Of a stretch of 64,000 bases of DNA, positions 62,002 to 64,000 are shown piece by piece. The stretch is from positions 87,236,001 through 87,300,000 of the forward strand of contig OZ076409.1 in the NCBI GenBank assembly GCA_964187785.1, given 5' to 3'. The stretch is from Amphiscolops sp. MND2022 (taxonomy: Eukaryota). Every line of letters begins with the position of its first letter. Position 1 is the stretch's first letter. The notes beneath the pieces were generated by a model that worked only from the letters and a program-made list of their open reading frames with translations, ran no database searches and was not told the origin of the DNA. The position numbers and the translations under genes were made by a program.

Positions 62002-63430
62002 TTTCAAAACCAAATTGCACTAGAGCTCTGAAAAGCTGATACAACTTTCAAAAGGACAACAAAATGTCAAGAGGCTTTCAAAATACTGAAGCAAGAACGA
62101 GCATTTAAGCGCTTGGTCCAGCTTTATCGATTAAAGAAGGTGGTTTTTATGACAACCAATGCATCAGAAATTGTCATCGGTGGCGAATTGTCGCAAGAAG
62201 GTTATACGGTGACTTACGTGTCACGGAGGTTGTCGGCAGCTGAATCGCGTGATTCCAATATTGAAAGAGAAACATTGGTTAAAGTATATGTCATCAGTCG
62301 TCCAGGACACTTCTTGCAGGTACAAAATTTCAAACTACTATTTGACCATAAGCTGCTGGTGTTCTTTTTCCCATCGAGCAAAGAGTTTCCCAAGGCAGCC
62401 TTAGCAAGAACTTTCAGGTGGGCTATCTCCTCGATAGATTTCGATTTTGATGTCGTTTGCCAAGAAAGCCGGAAAAATCCGCACACCGTTTCCATCAGCC
62501 TCCTCCAAGTTGAAAATAAAGAAGACGATGAGCTTGAAGCCACGATTGTGTACAATGAAGTGAACTCTGCAGCCTGCAAATCAAAATCTCTAGACGAACT
62601 CAAAATGGAAAATTTAGTGTATCACTCCCTGATTCAGACAGCGATAAAGCGCATCATTAGCATCAAACGATCGGACTGTTGCCAACAAGAACTGACATTC
62701 AAAAAACTGGCACATTTTGAAAATGTCGAGAATGACATATTGTATAGCGGTACTCAAGGGCATTTATATGCATTTATACCTCCAGGACGACTACGACGGA
62801 GCGTTATCGAAGGAGTTGAAATAAATGCAACGAGCAAGACGATGAAGCTCACATCTTGTTTTTCGCCATTGAGCCGGATTTTGAGAGCTACGTGAAAAGC
62901 TGCGTCAAATATAACGAACTCCGACCTCGTGTAGACGAATCCATCGAAAATGGCACAAAGTTGAACAGTAGGAATGACTACGCATAGACTGGGCCCATAT
63001 ACAGCAAGTTGACAATGTTCTCATAATAGTTGATGCCGAATCTGTATGGATCGAAGCATTCATCTGCGGTGATCGCCCAACTGAAGAATTTTTTTGAGCG
63101 TATTTTGTCGTTGTTTGTTCGATTGGGATATCATACTCATTGGTTTTTGATAACGCCCAAGATATCACCAATTGCAAAATCACACACTGGCTAAAAATGA
63201 TCTACAAGGCATTGCAGAAAGAGCTGTATAAACAACGACGAAGGCCATCAATGTTTCGGAACTTGATTTGAGGGTCAGCGTCCACTAATTTTTACAACGG
63301 CGGATTCTTCTCACCTACAGAAACACGACCAACGCACATGGGGATTTGATCTTCGAAAAATTCTTAGAGTAACCAGCTGTTGTAGACTTTGAAATTGTTT
63401 CGCCGATGTTACACAGGGCAACTGTTGAAA
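62002..63430 (+). mobile_element. Ty3/Gypsy RNase H-integrase fragment (duplicate)
   Basis: ORF 62113..62895 TTNASEIVIGGELSQ, FKLLFDHKLL; integrase relic IDWAHIQQV...IVDAESVWIEA. Confidence 0.75.
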
Positions 63431-63549
63431 AGCTTGTTATGAATTGATTTGGGTAAGGTATGTGTTGGCAAATTTGCAGATTGTAACAGTTACGTGTCTC
63501 GAATAAACTTGGCAGCTGAGGCGGAATACTGACAGGTCGATGTTTGTTA

Positions 63550-64000
63550 ACACTTTCGTGATCGTCCGAATTTTAAATTGGTGTTACGGATGAACATGTT
63601 TTAGAGATTTGGTCAGTCTTTGGTTTGGATGATCATTACAATTAGTTCAGTGACTAACGGTGCTAATAAATTTGTGCAGTCATTGAGGAGAAAGGTTGGT
63701 GTTAGGTATGCATCCATGTGGGTCCTTTGCAACAAATCAGAAACATATTTGTTGAGTTTGAAATTGCTTATAAAAATTTCGGGGTTTTTCGGATCAGGCA
63801 ATAATGTAGGAGGACTCGTTTCATTCTTCGTTTGATACTTGGGGGAGGATTCTTCCCATCGTGACTGGCATGAGTTGAGTGAGTAGTAGTACTGCTTTGT
63901 CGTTTTTTTCGTTTCCTCTTGATTGCATACTTCGAGTGTGTGTCTATGGCATGTCCGCTCTACATGATGACCTTCATGATACAAGATCATTGACGATGTT
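63550..64000 (-). mobile_element. CR1-like LINE ORF2 fragment (pre-RT region)
   Basis: DAYLTPTFLLNDCTNLLAPLVTELIVMIIQ parallels DGIPCFVLKHTGYLIAPAVQYLF in the LINE at ~37.5 kb. Confidence 0.55.

Larger units (their letters stand above)
56931..64000 (+). repeat. Diverged segmental duplication: 56931-58566 plus 59581-59912 corresponds to 62002-64000
   Basis: Collinear similarity (ORF 57042 vs 62113); the first copy has a ~1 kb insert at 58567-59580. Confidence 0.88.

Overview
Eukaryotic (invertebrate-animal-like), AT-rich, repeat-dense genomic DNA. Bases ~876-29095 hold the 5' part of a minus-strand, spliced MEGF8-like gene (signal peptide-CUB-EGF-Kelch-PSI-EGF/laminin-EGF-CUB-EGF-Kelch-PSI-EGF). 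I reconstructed 12 phase-consistent GT-AG exons (7605 nt, 2535 codons) and found several extra short phase-1 cassette-exon candidates. The gene continues left of the window. Its introns are full of non-autonomous Helentron (HINE/DINE-1-like) elements, hAT- and MULE-like MITEs and tRNA-like fragments. From ~29 kb onward the window is nested transposon debris: (1) a ~3.07 kb tandem duplication that copies the MEGF8 start codon and upstream region together with the 5' half of a CR1-like LINE (PHD-finger ORF1, in-frame TGA, then EN-RT ORF2 with a 4x internal amplification and Gypsy-RT inserts); (2) a second LINE with a twin-priming-type 5' inversion; (3) three or more decayed Ty3/Gypsy elements and a CRE-like RT relic; (4) two long near-perfect palindromes; (5) a ~2 kb segmental duplication. 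No prokaryotic features or CRISPR arrays were seen.
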